DNA of 64,000 nucleotides from Lama glama (lineage: Eukaryota), in contig CM052816.1 of assembly GCA_028534125.1 (NCBI GenBank), positions 88,910,001 through 88,974,000 of the forward strand, in the 5' to 3' direction. The notes under the pieces were generated by a model. That model did not search any database, was not told where the DNA came from, and saw only the letters and a program-made list of their open reading frames with translations. Below are positions 52,004-63,663 of this stretch, one piece after another. Made by a program: the position numbers and the translations under genes. The number at the start of each line of letters is the position of its first letter. The first letter of the stretch is position 1.

Positions 52004-52555
52004 CTACATTCGACCTTTATAAGACGGTGAAAATTAGTATTTCACTGGGTCATTTTATCCACAGATGACTATTCATGAAAATGTGTGACAGGAATAAATT
52101 GCAGATATTTTGTTGAGAGACTCAGTATTATGGTTCTTAAAAACAATTGAGTTATTTTTAAAAACATTTAAGTAGGAAATGTTTAGAAAAACTGTTGAAC
52201 AATGATTGTGCTTACTAAAATGGACTAATATATATTCCTCATTGAAGTTTAGTGAATGTATAATAAAAACATGCTGAGACTGAGTCTGATTCATAAAAGT
52301 TGTTAATATACTTAGGCACTGAGGTTCTCTTCACATAATTTAGCAGATGACAGGACAAGGAAGTTCAAAAAATACTAAGTCTTTGAAGGCCACAGTTTAC
52401 AAAGAAAATAAGCACTAAGAGGAAGGTAATTCTTTTAGCTGTTTCCAGTGTGAGAACAACATGAAATCTCAAAAGGCAAAAATGCGATCAAAGTAGAGCT
52501 TCCAAATGTTTTACATTCGACATGAAAGCCAAATTCTAATCTCTAGATTGTTTTA
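52004..52555 (-). pseudogene. Relic large exon (5' boundary approximate)
   Basis: Donor tag|gtaatt at 52004. One frame persists for ~550 nt with scattered stops and includes ORF 52073..52294. The 3' end reads HLWIK*PSEILIFTVL*RSNV, phase 1, compatible with the next exon. Confidence 0.45.
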
Positions 52556-52749
52556 CTAGATTGCCTCAACATATGATGCAATTCTTATGAAAACCTTTAT
52601 GACCTTATTAAATAAGCAAAGTGTGCAAATTATACGAATATTAGACAGTATAGATGTGCGCATATAAACATGGCTAACAAATCACTCCAAATACATCAGG
52701 CTTTTGAATGCAAATATTCTGTGCATATTTGTACATGTGTTCATATTAA

Positions 52750-54200
52750 AGTGAGATCACACTGAATGTTTAGTACTGAAATCTGATTTTTAAGTCTTTT
52801 TTGCTAAAAATATATTGGTACCAATTCCTAATTTTAAAAAATGCACCTATTACATCAATTTCAGGTTAAGAGTATATTTCAGGACATTTAGGTTGCTTGT
52901 AATTTTGCACCTTAAAAAGCAATACTATGTAGCATGTTTAATACACAGCCTAGAGAACATGTCTGAATATTTTCTCTCGTTCTGACCTTGTGGATACTAT
53001 TCCCTGACTTAATGTTACACATTTTCCTAAGCATTTTGAATTACCCTCAAGAAGGTTAATGCCAGTAAAACCTCACACCAACAATGCATGAGAATGAGTT
53101 CCCCCACAAAATAAAAATCATTCGCTGTAATCAGAAAATTTTATCCTTGATCATCTGATAAGAAATAGTGTCATTCAAAATATTTTTCTGTAATTATAGA
53201 AGACTTTGAATTATTTGGCGTAGACTTTATTGGCCAATTTTATATTACATGATTTCCCTATTTAAAGTGAGATCCAATGGTAGAAAGTTTATTTTGTTTT
53301 ATTCAAATTCTATCTCCAGTAACTAGAACAATTTCTATAACATAGGAAGCACTGATCTTCAATGATTTTGTTTAACATTTTTTGAAGCATCATTTCTGGT
53401 CTTTCTTCATTTTTCTATTGAAATATTTTGTGTATGTTGATTTGTACTATGTGTGTGTATGTGTTTTTAACTATAAAGTTATTAGTCCCTTGCCAAAAAA
53501 AGGAAGTATTTTTACCTATTACCTGAGATGTGCTTGTAGCATCTTACCTGCCTCCTTTCCTCCTTCTCTTTCTCTCTAATTTTTATTTATAAATATATAC
53601 TGCTAAATAGCTCAGTCTGTTTCCTTCTGCCTTAGGAATCATGCTTAAACATCTATGATTTTTAAAAGATATATGTTTAGATCCACCTGGAATTTTTTTC
53701 TAAAAATGTGTTAGATAAATAGTAACTTTTTCTCTTAATATCTAAACTGTTATCCTAACACTATTTGTGAATTATCTTCTTCTTCCTGAAATTGAGTTAG
53801 ATATTTGTTACCTATATTACATATCTAGGAATGTTTCAGTCTACTTCTCTAGCTTTTGATCTAGTCTATTGATATGACCATTTTTCCCCAGTACCATGGT
53901 TTTCACTTAATTGATAATGTGTTCTAATAGCTGATAAAGAAAAGTTCCCTTTATTCTTGATTTCATCTACATGCTGTCTAAATTATTAAAAATTTTAATA
54001 AATATTTATTATAAATGAATTGCCCAACTTAATCTTCATTAAATATGTTTTGAGTCATCTCAGTCATTTTTTATTCCATTTGCATTTGAGACTTGTTTTA
54101 GAGGGAATGTTTTTAATTCTGTATTTAAAAAAAGAATCTTTAATGTTTTAGTTAGAAGATGAATGTGTTGATATTCCTATTTTAAATCAATATAGGACAT
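52750..54200 (-). mobile_element. Ancient L1M fragments
   Basis: ggacatttaggttgcttgtaattttgc...cacaccaacaatgcatgaga..., antisense L1 3' motifs, highly diverged. Confidence 0.65.
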
Positions 54201-54392
54201 ATTTTGCAAATGAATTATATTTGGTATTTAGAGTAGGATGTTACCTCCCTATCTGCTGTGATAGTCAACCTGTAGCATTACTTAAATGTTGCTATTTGGA
54301 CTATGAGAGATTTGAAATGTTAAGTGGCTGCCATTTTTCTTGTGCTTCCATCAGTTGTTTATGTGTTTACTACCCTATAATTAAAGATACAT

Positions 54393-54795
54393 GAGTGGAT
54401 GGAATATTACTAAGCCATAGAAAAGAATGAAATATTGCCATTTGCCACAATATAGACAGACCTAGAAATTATCATGCTAAGTGAAGTAAGCCAGACAGAG
54501 AAAGACAAATACCACGTGATATCACTTATATGTGATATGTAAAATAATGATACAAATGAACTTGTTTACAAAACAGGAATAGACAAATAGACTCACAGAC
54601 ATAGAAAACAAACTTATGGTCACCAGGGTGGAAAGAGGATGGGATGGGATAATTTGGGAGTTTGGGGTCAACAGAGATATACTACTATATATGAAATAGA
54701 TAAACAACAAGGGTCTACTGTATAGCACAGAGAACTCTAGTCAATATCTTGTAATAACCTCAAATGGAAAAGATTCTGTAAAATTATATATAAAA
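54393..54795 (+). mobile_element. Short L1 3' end
   Basis: L1 ORF2 end and 3'UTR. TSD taaagatacat at 54382-54392 and 54796-54806. Confidence 0.9.
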
Positions 54796-55124
54796 TAAAG
54801 ATACATTGGCCACTAGTTGTATGTAAAAGTGAGGCTTGATGCATATCCACATAATGTAGGTAGAACTCCAGATGCATAAACCTTTAGCTACAGATATATA
54901 AAAATAGTTTTCCCTTATCTTAAGATGGTGTTTTCCAATCAAGAAAATTCATTGTGAGGTAGACTTTTTTCCCATACAGCTAAAGTAATGCTAATCACAG
55001 TTAATGAGCAATACAGTTTCCAAAGCCTGTTATATCAGTGGCAGACTAGGAGTTCTTACAAAAGAATTAAATTTCAAGCCAAGCAAGTGTAAGATCTGTA
55101 TGGTCAAATCAGACCTTTTAAGCG

Positions 55125-55290
55125 AGGGTATTGTGATTGAAAGAGAAAATAACCTCTCATTCATGTTCAAGCTATGCTGAATTCATCTGTGAAATGCTGC
55201 CTTCAGATGAGTGTAATGTTTCAAAGAAGGTACATCAGGTTTGGAAAAGCCAAGAGAACAAACATGAAATGATCAAGGGCAGGTAGTTGT
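55125..55290 (+). mobile_element. CR1/L3 LINE remnant
   Basis: tttcaaagaaggtacatcaggtttggaaaagccaagagaacaaacatgaaatgatcaaggg resembles the CR1 RT end (FKKDxxxLExVQRRATKMIKG). Confidence 0.55.
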
Positions 55291-55975
55291 TTTCATAGAG
55301 GATGCCACTGGCGTTGTCCGGGTGTGTGGTGGGGAGAGCCACACTCCCCCCCCCCCTTTTTGACACAAACAATAGTTTCTCAATCTTATGTGAAGTGCCA
55401 CATTAACACAACTACAAAACCAGTCACTTGCATTAGTCTAAATTGTCTAAGATGTAAATATCAATAGGTTAGGAAATTAGATGTGCATTTACGCAGGGAA
55501 GCGGGAACGGAAGTGGAGAAGTCTGGGATAGCCTTTGGATGATGATGGAGGTTAAAGAAAAGAAAGGAAATGCAGTGGGGTTTTAAGAAAATTCTAGTAA
55601 GTATATCAGGCAGTCCTGAGCCAATGTCCCTCCTCAGAAGAGTGTTTCCCAGGAATGACCCATCTTAGTCAATGAGCACCTGCCACACTCAGTCACTGCC
55701 TAGAAGCAGCTATGAGACTCATACCTTCCATGCAGATGGGTTCTGGGTCTCATAGGGCAGAAACTGAGGCCGCCGGTCACATCTGTAGGAGATCTGATAG
55801 GTGTGTTGTCATGTCAGCCAAATCACGTGACATCCCACATCCCCCTTGTTTATCCTCCAGTCTGGGTGCCACCACCAACTCTCTCCTATACAGACTTTCT
55901 GATTCTTTACTGAAGGGTAGACTAAGAAGCTCGTGGGTCAAGTGAGAAAATGTCTAAATGGTGTTATATGACTGA

Positions 55976-56039
55976 AGCATACACACAATGGGAATAATGT
56001 AATATATAGCATACACACAATGGGAATAATGTAATATAT
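55976..56039. repeat. Perfect 32-bp tandem duplication
   Basis: agcatacacacaatgggaataatgtaatatat x2. Confidence 0.95.
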
Positions 56040-57375
56040 AGTTTGGATGAACTTAACATACATGTGTTTAAAAAATATCCCAAGTAAGTAGAATGCCCTC
56101 AATTTAAATCAGTGAAGGTGAAATTTCAAAGTAAAAGCTCTGTATGTAATTAGATAACAAAGTGCCTTTAACCTTCTTTATGTTGTATTTTTAAAATGCT
56201 TCTTTTTAATGTATTATTTATAATGTTTTGTTTTTTATCAAGGATTTAAAACTCTCTCCAAAACCCTTCTGGAAACTGTTTCAAAGTAGATGAGCTGCTT
56301 TAACTTCTGATAAAAATAGTGTAGTTACACTTTCTTTTAAATAAGAGATTAACTTTATAGCCAATGGAAGCAAGGAGCTAAACACACTGTGTCTTAAAAA
56401 AAAAGACCGAAATTTTAGAAAAGCAAATTGACCAAAATATTTTTAAGAACTAGAGAGTGCTAGTCACGGTGGGCAGGGGGCTGGATAAGCGGTATGCATG
56501 GGGAAGGCTGTCTGGCTTCGTTCCCATCTTCAGCCCTGTCAGAGAAGGGAGGAAAGGATGCAGGCGCTCCTGGGGCGCAGCTGATCCAGAGCGCCAGAAA
56601 AGACAAATTACAGCTTTCAAGAGCTGGGAAATAGTCACGGAAATGAATCACTCTGGCTAAGGTAGTAATGGCTGATTGCTGAGCGATAAGCAGTTCCAGA
56701 AAGACTTTGTTGCCAAGAGCATGAAGGTTGAGGACAAAACATTAGGATGAATTTCTGACTAACAGCCTGATCTCCAGGTGAGTCAGAAGAGAACGTTCTA
56801 ATAAAAGGCTGTCTGTATGATCGGGGTGAATTAGGAAGATAAGTTAAATGGGATGTAAAATTCATGTGCTGCATATATATTGTTATGTCCTTACTGAACT
56901 TGTTCCTGGGGGGGATTATAACCTCTTTTTATTAATTTGGAGTTTACTTGATTTATTAATACATTTTAATTGAAGAACAAGAGATGGTGTATAACACCCA
57001 ATTAAACCTAAAATATAATAAGGTTAGAGATCTGTCTTACAAAGCAATCTCAGAAGATTCTTATTCTTCTGACAAGCACCTGTCTGCAAACTGGAATCTT
57101 GAACATACTAGAGTACTTAGAGGGGAGCTGCCAAAAGGAAGAGAGGAAAATCAAACCTAAATTGTTGAATGGAGAAGCAATATAGAGATGCTTATAACTT
57201 ACTCATACACGAGGGACAGAAAAATGTGTTCTCGTGGAGACCCAAAAGGCCAAGATAAATCATGTACCTGTTGTATATGACCTTCTTTCAATAATTAGGA
57301 AAAAATGAATTAAAAAGAAAAACTCTCTCATTACTATTTGTAGTATATTTAGGAAAAAAAAGCATAAAGGCTTAC

Positions 57376-57892
57376 ATAGACAGACTCCTTTCCATTAGTA
57401 TTCATAATTACAGATTATTTTGTTTAGTGTTATCCAATTTTATAAATTCCAGCTTATTCTAAGAAGACATTTAGAAATAAAAATATCTGAATAATAAAAA
57501 ATTATAAATTGTAGAAATATCATCAATATAAAGAACATTAGATTCATATTTGTATATATAAAATTCTAATATTAGGATAATTATGTGTGTTTAACCACTG
57601 GCAGGACTGATTCATATAGATGTTTATTGCATATTTTTGGTAACAGAATGCAATAGGATACTGTGGAAGGGGCACGGATATTATATCCATGTGGAGATAA
57701 ATCCTTTAGTTAACCATGTGTTCCGTCTGTATCCTCTCAAAATTCTGTTTCTCTGAATAAGCTTCTACTTGCTCATCTATGCTGTGGGGTAAATGATGCC
57801 ATTATTGTGAAAATTGGGGAACATTTTTCATGACAGTTTTTGACAATATCAGCACTCGTCGTAAGTATCCAGCAATTGCTCCCTCCATGTTG
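57376..57892 (-). pseudogene. Relic first coding exon
   Basis: Acceptor cttaatcttatttag|caacATGG (A at -3, G at +4; ATG at 57888). Reads MEGAIAGYLRRVLILSKTVMKNVPQFSQ*WHHLPHSIDEQVEAYSEKQNFERIQTEHMVN*RIYLHMDIISVPLPQYPIAFCYQKY..., with 2 stops in the first ~114 codons of AT-rich DNA. Candidate donor tat|gtaagc at 57376. Confidence 0.6.
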
Positions 57893-58629
57893 CTAAATAA
57901 GATTAAGGGCTACTTTATCAGCTTGTTTTACAGCTGCCCTCTAGTTAACTTAACTGGGCTTTATCTTTATGAAAGAAGTGAGGAGCTCTCACTACCAACT
58001 TGGCATCTTGAGGGAAGTTTGCTTCAGTGGGTTCCATACTTTCCAGGGCTGCACAACAAATTTGCAACAGCGTTGCAAAATAACACCAAAAAATAAAGAC
58101 GTTATCTCACTCCTAGCCATCTAGCAGGAGCCTAAGCAGATGGCAGGCCACAGACATTGGATCCTAGATTTTCACAGTGGACTTTCACATCACGACCATT
58201 AGATGCTAACACTACTAAATCATATCTTTCATTTACCAAGTTGAATTTTCATATATCAGCTGGTCAAAAAATACTCTGAGCTATTGCATAGTGATATCAT
58301 CCAGCCAACAGAGAACTCATAAAGTTTATAATATTGAAAAAATAAAAAAGATAGGAAGAAATAATTAGGTGTGCTGAAAAAGCCACATGGTTAGCCTTAG
58401 TCGGATGGTCTCTGCTTCCATCTCGTCAAGCATTTCAAGCAGAAATAATATTTCCAAAAAGCCAGATGTTGTATAAGTTCTGCAGCTTTAAGAAGAACTC
58501 AGAAAAATTTATAGATGAAGCATCTGTCTTTGTAATGTCACCTTAATGCTCAAATAAACAGAAGGCTGCTGCTGGTGTTGCTGATACTGAAAATAAAATA
58601 TTTACTAGGAAAGCATTTCATACACTTTT

Positions 58630-58955
58630 ATTAGTTCATTCAACAAATACTTATGGGATTTGTTTTCTGTACTGTGCACAGGTCTAAGCTCTTGATGTTT
58701 TAGTGAACATAATGGACAAGTCTCTGCCCTCATGTAGTTGGCATTGGAGTAGTGGGAGCCAGAAAATAAACAGCACAAATACAACATATACACACACAGT
58801 AATTTAAGGAATTTGCATAGTATCTTAGAAGGGGATAAATATCAGAAATAAGGAAGTAGTTAGGGTAAAGTCTTCTTGAGAGTTGCAATTTTAAATAGAA
58901 TAGTCAGGGAAAGACTCATTGAGTTGATATTTGAGCAAAGATTTAATGGAAATGA
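58630..58955 (-). mobile_element. L2 LINE fragment
   Basis: ttcattcaacaaatacttat...ctctgccctcatgtagttggcatt. Confidence 0.8.
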
Positions 58956-59682
58956 ACTTGAAAAACTTTTTCTTCCTCCGAAATGAAAAGATTTAGAAGT
59001 CCTTTGAGATAGTATAAGTTTCCTTTTAGTACCTTGATCCTCTTTTATAATAAAGAAGCTTTCTTTGCAAAGAAAAAGCCCCTCTAATCCAAATAATATT
59101 CTGAACGGCTCAGATAAGTATTTCAGTTTTAAAAACTGTTCATTCTTCCTCTTCTTCTCCTTTTCCTTTTTTTCCGAATTCTAAGTACCTCCTCTCTCCT
59201 GCTCTTCTGTCCGAGTTCTGAAATGTCTGCCCCCAGAGGGTCCATGAATAATCATAAAGCTTCTTAAAGTGATCTCCTTGTATAGCTAGACCAATGGGAG
59301 TTATGAAATTTGCAGTGTCAGCTCATCAATGCACAGGGAACGCCCATGACACGAAGGGCTATACAAGACAGTTCATCCATGATTGGTTTCACATATATTA
59401 GCAACCTAGGGATGATATTTTGACAAAATATAGGTGCATTAATGCAATGATATTATACCTTCATAAATACTTTTATGAAGTGATATTACAGGTAATGATT
59501 TTGCTGGCCTTGATGATCAGAAAATTGAGTTCTTTTTATATAGGGAAATTGAATTTTTTTGTTTCTATAATTGCCTAGCAACAATATTATTTGAAATAAT
59601 AATCTCTGGGGCTTTGATTTCTCTGGATGAAATTCAAAAAATCATAACAGAAAATGTATGTATCAAAAATCACTGATTCTTA

Positions 59683-59724
59683 TTTTGTTTTGTTTTGTTT
59701 TGTTTTGTTTTGTTTTGTTTTGTT
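59683..59724. repeat. (TTTTG)n
   Basis: Direct observation. Confidence 0.95.
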
Positions 59725-62314
59725 GTGTATACCAAAGGGAAAAGTTGACCACTGCCTTTAAAGTGTAGCTAGTAAGATGAGAATAATATGATGAGATGAA
59801 TGTCTCAACTTAAAAAGAAATTTTCTAATGTAAGAATCAACTTTAGAAGAGATCACATGAGAAGACCCCCTACATGGATCCTTGTCTTACCCTTTGAAAA
59901 CCACTCATCTAAATATAAAATACATAAGAGCTCAAGTTTTCTTTAGAGCCAGACTTGACTGTTTCTTCTTCTGGACCAGGGAAGCCATGTTGGAAGGATA
60001 TATCAGCCTGACTTGCTTGGCGTTGGCCAACTGTGGCACTTGCTTCAAGACCATGAAAACCAGTGCACATGGTGCTACATGTAAAAATGTAAAATCTTAA
60101 TTTTACATACCACAATTCCAAGCCTTATTATATTGTCTCTAGCTCATTGCTTCTTAAAGGATCAGAAATGGAGTTGGAAAAACATGCCCCACTATTTGTT
60201 CTATGTTAATAGTCATCCAATATAACTTCTTTCTAGCTTTAAGCGGATGCATTCTGACAGCTCTTTTGAAAATTGGACATCTGCAATGGAGTGTTACATA
60301 TGAAAGAGTAACATCCATTACATTTTTAGATAAACAGCTAAGTCATTATATCTTGTAATCTTTGTGTATTCTTGATGCTTGATATACTGATATTACATCT
60401 CTTTCATGTCTTACTATGAATACTCAGCCCAAGAACGTCTCTTCAATAATCTACTGTCTTATCTTTTATCTCTGCATTTGAACTCCAGTGCCTGGTGGAT
60501 CAAACACTTTCTTTCATTAATAAGATGAAAAGATTTTCCATTTATTATCCTCATTTAAAACAAAATAAACTGGTATATTCTAAAGATTATAGGCAAAAAG
60601 GCAGAGATCCCAGAGTATTCAGTGAGTTCTACGTATTTATCAGGGATGTATATTGCATATGAACTGGAATCACATTACAGTAAAATTTAACCTTTTGTCT
60701 TAAGAAAGGCAGGGTAGTATGTATTTAAAAAAAAAAACTATCTCCAAAGTAGTGTAGGTTTTTAAAATTTCAGTGATAAAATAGGAGTGAAGAAATTCAA
60801 AATGACCTTTAGAATTTTTTCTGTTGTTGTTCCTTCTGACACCACCAAACCCTTACTTCTATCCTTTTATTTCTGGCACAATGTATGACATCATAGCATA
60901 GGCTATGAATACAAAAAGATCAACATTAAAGTGCTCTTCCTTTTTGACAATTATATGATAACTAATTTCAATAAGTAATATTTTCCTATAAAACGTTACT
61001 CCAAAACGGCCTCTAACATTAGTAGAGAGCAAATACCTTCTGAAAAATAATTGTACACATTTAGAGAAAAAATATATATGCTTTCTGGACTTTTATCAGA
61101 AGTAAGACCTTCAGGGTGTGTGTAAGAGATGAGTTTTTGTTTTTTTCTTTGTTGGTTTGTTTTCTGAGCGTGAAAGACCACGAAAAATGGCTGTCATTCG
61201 TTCTGCTTCTAGAGAAGTGGGGTCCTATAAACCAAAGTGAGATTTAACGTTCCCTGAAAAAGTCCTTGAGTCTGGAGGCTAACCGTGTCTCATCCCTTCT
61301 GTCTCTTCCCTTAATGATTCCATCCGCTTTGCATTGCCTTATTTTTCCTTATAAATTCTTACTTTTTAAAGCTGTTGTCTCAGTATGGTACAAATTACTT
61401 CATTGCTTTTACTATTGCCTGATCACCTGTCAGATTCTTTCTTGGGCTCATTTCACGTCAAGTATTTTCCTGTCTTTGTCCCAGCAACACGTGAGCTCCC
61501 CTCACCACATACACAGCCAAGCAGCCTCACTCCTAAGACCAAAGTAAACTGAGAAGGAAAAGAAGAATGTCTTGCCCTGCTGCCTGGAGGCATTAAGACT
61601 TCACTGATCTTTCCTTAATCGGTTTGATGATTTTATTCGGATGTCTCCCTGTCAACTTACTTTCGGCATCAGTATTTTCTCTTACATCGTAATTGTCTGC
61701 AAGGCACAGGTTTTCCTGCCCGTTTGTCTTTGAACGTTGCGATTAAGCAATTAATAGATGTCTTTTCTTGTTAATGAGCTTGTTGTTGCTTGCAGTGCAG
61801 TCTCATTTCACATCCAGACATCCTTGAGAGGGAGGTAAGATGGTGGAATGGGACTGTATAATTGGCTCACAGTCACACATTTATTAGTACATATCGACTA
61901 GATGGCAGGGGGGCCCTTTCTTATTTCATTTGACAGTACTAAGTTTCTGAAAACCTGTTTCATTTAACAGCAGTACGTTCATGTAGGGGCTGTGTGGGAT
62001 TTGTGTTGTGACCCTCTCTGTGATGTGATTGGTAATGCATAATTTTATTCACTATGCTCACCATTATTTTATTGTTATATCTGATTTTTTCTTTCTAAAA
62101 AGCCCCCCAATGCAGATCTTATAGGCAGTGAGCCTCAGCTTTCTCATTTCTGAGATGGGGATTTGTTAAAAGTAAATGTAAGCACTTTTTAAAGTATTCT
62201 TTCATAAGGTAAAGTAATATGTGAATGAAAACTGCTGTCAGTATCTTTCCTTGAGAGTCTGCCTTCATGTTTTTCCTACATGTTTTTTCAGTTCCTTGGT
62301 TACATGCTTTAATT

Positions 62315-63240
62315 CTCATTTGTTTGCTGAACAAATATTTGCTGATATTCTACTATGTTTCAGAGGCTGTTTCAGGGGCTGGGAATATAGCAATGAACAA
62401 CACAGATAGAATTCCTGTCCATGTTAGCTGCAAAACTCAGAAAAATAATTAAAGAAATAAATTGAAGCATGTCAATAGTAGATAATGATGAGAGAAATAA
62501 AGAAATGTACAGTGGCTATGAGGCTTAGGGAGCAATGAGGCAGTGGAAGTTTTCAATTTTTAATATGAAGATTGGAAAACTCCTCACTGGGAAAATGGCC
62601 TTAAAGAAAAAGTCTGAAATAAGGGTGATACCTATGTGAATACCTGGGGGCAAATTATACCTGGCAAATAAAACAGCAAATGCAAATGTCCTGAGACAGT
62701 AGGGTACTTGTCATATCTGAAGAACAATAAAAGGCAGGGGTGTAATGTAGCTAGAGAGAAATAAGGAAAGGGTAGTGGGGAATAAAGCTGGAGGTATTAA
62801 GCAGGGAGTGTCATGTAAGGGCTTTGTGGCATTTGTACTGTGACCCTCTCTGTCATGTGACAGGAAGCCATGGAGGGTCTGAGCAAGGTTCACTCTGCCT
62901 ATTGTAAGATCATGAAACCAAAAGGGGAGCAGAGAGGAATCAAGAAGACCAGTTGGGATGCTGTCACCCATTGACCAATTGAGAAGGAATGATGGTGTTG
63001 ACCAAATGTCAGTTCGTGTGTCAGTGAAAAAAACAAATCCTTGATGTGTTTTTAAGTTAGAGATGACAGTATATACTGCCAGGTTTAATGCTGGTGAGAG
63101 AAAAAGAAAGGAGCCTCAAATATCTATCAGGCTTTAGGTCTGAAAAGATGGAAGAATGGAGTTACCTTTTATTGAGATGTAGGGAGCGCTGTTTGTGTGT
63201 GGACAGGTGTGATGATGGCAGTGCATGTGTGTATCAAGGA
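62315..63240 (-). mobile_element. L2 LINE 3' portion
   Basis: aacaaatatttgctgatattctactatgt...ggggctgggaatatagcaatgaacaac, purine-rich body. Confidence 0.8.
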
Positions 63241-63663
63241 GAATTAGTAGGGTTTCTTTTATTGATAAGTTTAATATAATTATTAGATCAAGATCTATAA
63301 TCCAGACTTCCTTCACCCTGTTAAACACCTACTTGTACATTTCCTTTGAGTCTATGTGTGTCCCCTCTCTGGATCCCACGTCTCCTACCTATTCTCACTG
63401 ACTGGCATTAATCGTCAATCCTTCTTGCCTGAGTTATTAAAACAGCCTCTGAATCCTCTCTCTGCTACTCATCACTCCTCTATTTTGTGCCTCTCGGGCA
63501 CTGAAATCAGGTTAGTACTTTCAAAATGCAGTAGAGATTATGTCACTATCCATTCCAAAGATGGATAAAAGACTCCCCTTCCTTTCTTCCACTCATTTCC
63601 TTCCTGGTATCCAAGATATTCCAAAATCTGACTCCAAACTTTAATCTTTTAAATGCATTTGAC

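Larger units (their letters stand above)
8756..57892 (-). pseudogene. Decayed multi-exon (non-processed) gene relic; predicted SPRY-like + ankyrin-repeat protein, ~1,800 codons
   Basis: About 24 candidate exons, all on the minus strand and outside recognisable repeats. Most have AG acceptors and GT donors and many adjacent phases are compatible. Translations contain ankyrin-like and SPRY-like motifs but carry many stops and frameshifts. Confidence 0.7.

Noticed and set aside
58061..58079. Inverted repeat tttgcaac-agc-gttgcaaa
   Set aside because: 8-bp arms are expected by chance in 64 kb.
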